A stretch of 17,981 nucleotides of DNA from a virus. Taxonomy: Duplodnaviria > Heunggongvirae > Uroviricota > Caudoviricetes. Location of the stretch: IMG/VR virus record IMGVR_UViG_2850784384_000005; one strand, given 5' to 3'. Below, in pieces: positions 17,004 through 17,981 of this stretch. The position numbers were made by a program, and so were the translations under genes. Numbering within the stretch: position 1 is the stretch's first letter; the number at the start of each line of letters is the position of its first letter. The notes beneath the pieces were generated by a model. That model searched no databases, was not told the DNA's origin, and saw only the letters and a program-made list of their open reading frames with translations.

Positions 17004-17981
17004 TTATTTTCTTCTGGCTACTGGTAGCGTGGTTACGTTTTCATGTGTTCCCGCCAGTATCCCTAACCGCTCCGTCCACATATCCAGCGCATTGCGTTTA
17101 GCATCCAGATAACGGGAATGATTATAAACTCGCTGCATTCCTGGCATCTGGTGGCCTGTAAGCTGCTCCACGACGTGAGGATCCACGCCTAAATCGTTCA
17201 GCATCGTTGTAAAGGTGCGCCGGATGTCATGTAGTGACCAGTGAGGGTGATTTAGCCTCCTGTGCGCTAATCTGCCGTACTGCGACACGCTTGTTTCCTG
17301 TTTCACTTCCCCCAGCAATAAGCCCGTGTGCCTGTTCTGCTCCACCAGCTGCGTGACGAACGGCAGTATTGCTTCCGGTATGGGCCGGAATATTGCCACC
17401 TTCGTTTTGCTGTGTTCTTTCGGCACGGTCCAGAGCATTTCGGTAAAATCCCACTCGCTGATCTCCGATAACCTCAGTTCTACCGTCCGGCATCCGAACA
17501 CAATCAGGAGGCGGATTAACGCGATGTAGTAGGGGGAGAATATTTTTTTGTCCAGTGCCTGCAATAATTCGCCCAGTTCTTTGGTGCTTAAGACACGCTC
17601 GCTTATATCCGGTTTTTTCCCAACGTCCGCCACACTCATATCATCAAGAACGTTGCTGATTGCATAGCGCCGCCTCCGGCAGAACTTAAGCGCCTGTTTG
17701 CACGTCTGTAGCAAGAATCCGGCAGTAACAGGCGTTCGCTTTGCCACCTGGTCAAAACAGGCCAGCCAGTGCCGTAGCTCGCATTTATCCAGCGGCATAG
17801 CACCAATGTGCTGTATTACGTGATTATTAAGGCGCTTTTTCAGGGCGGCATAATCCACGCGGTTTTCCTTTGCGTACGACTCAAGCCAGTAGGTGAGCGC
17901 ATCGCCAACCGTTACCGGCTTTAACGCTTCCTGTACGGTGTAATTAAGCTCATGACGTGGATTTTCCCCTCTGCCAGCCAT
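17004..17981 (-). CDS. int: Tyrosine recombinase (P4-type phage integrase); 325 aa visible, N-terminus may extend beyond the window
   Basis: C-terminal catalytic motifs HDIRRTF (HxxR) and the tyrosine in RVYNHSRYLD. The visible N-terminus has no arm-binding domain. Confidence 0.9.
   Translation of the reverse strand: MAGRGENPRHELNYTVQEALKPVTVGDALTYWLESYAKENRVDYAALKKRLNNHVIQHIGAMPLDKCELRHWLACFDQVAKRTPVTAGFLLQTCKQALKFCRRRRYAISNVLDDMSVADVGKKPDISERVLSTKELGELLQALDKKIFSPYYIALIRLLIVFGCRTVELRLSEISEWDFTEMLWTVPKEHSKTKVAIFRPIPEAILPFVTQLVEQNRHTGLLLGEVKQETSVSQYGRLAHRRLNHPHWSLHDIRRTFTTMLNDLGVDPHVVEQLTGHQMPGMQRVYNHSRYLDAKRNALDMWTERLGILAGTHENVTTLPVARRK

Noticed and set aside
16912-17112. 66-aa + strand ORF overlapping the 3' end of int and the TTGTT array.
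   Set aside because: It overlaps the integrase coding sequence and a repeat array, and its hydrophobic, Cys/Val-rich composition looks like a repeat translation artefact.
1-17981. Searched by eye for CRISPR arrays, tRNA or tmRNA genes and rRNA.
   Set aside because: No regularly spaced direct repeats of 28-37 bp and no T-arm-like GGTTCGAATCC motifs were found. The integration site therefore does not appear to be a tRNA gene within this window.

Overview
The window opens with an intact E. coli-type phoQ (1-1461, + strand), followed by about 16.5 kb of a phage-satellite-like island whose genes are almost all on the minus strand. Read from the right edge leftwards: a P4-type tyrosine integrase (17981->17004), AlpA, an inserted IS4, a convergent Arc-like repressor gene on the + strand, a small-gene replication operon (Icd-like protein, IS1-interrupted small gene, SF3/D5-type primase-helicase), an iteron origin, four small unknown genes, then a complete HK97-type head and packaging module (major capsid, prohead protease, portal, head-closure and gp6-like connector proteins, HNH, TerS, TerL) with no tail genes. 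This layout is what is described for capsid-forming phage-inducible chromosomal islands (cf-PICI); that is my best reading, not a database result. The element looks decayed: the capsid gene has an in-frame TGA, TerS is frameshifted at a C6 tract, and IS1 and IS4 have inserted with clean target-site duplications. The most interesting unexplained signals are cis-acting: one 10-bp-phased hexamer array (GAACAA/TTGTTC) recurs at three places, a separate 10-bp-phased GTCAC x4 array sits near the left end, and a terminator-ended leader directly precedes the capsid start. I found no CRISPR array, tRNA or recognisable defence-system enzyme; candidate accessory cargo is limited to small unknown proteins. 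All protein calls rest on motif recognition and gene context by eye; no searches were run.
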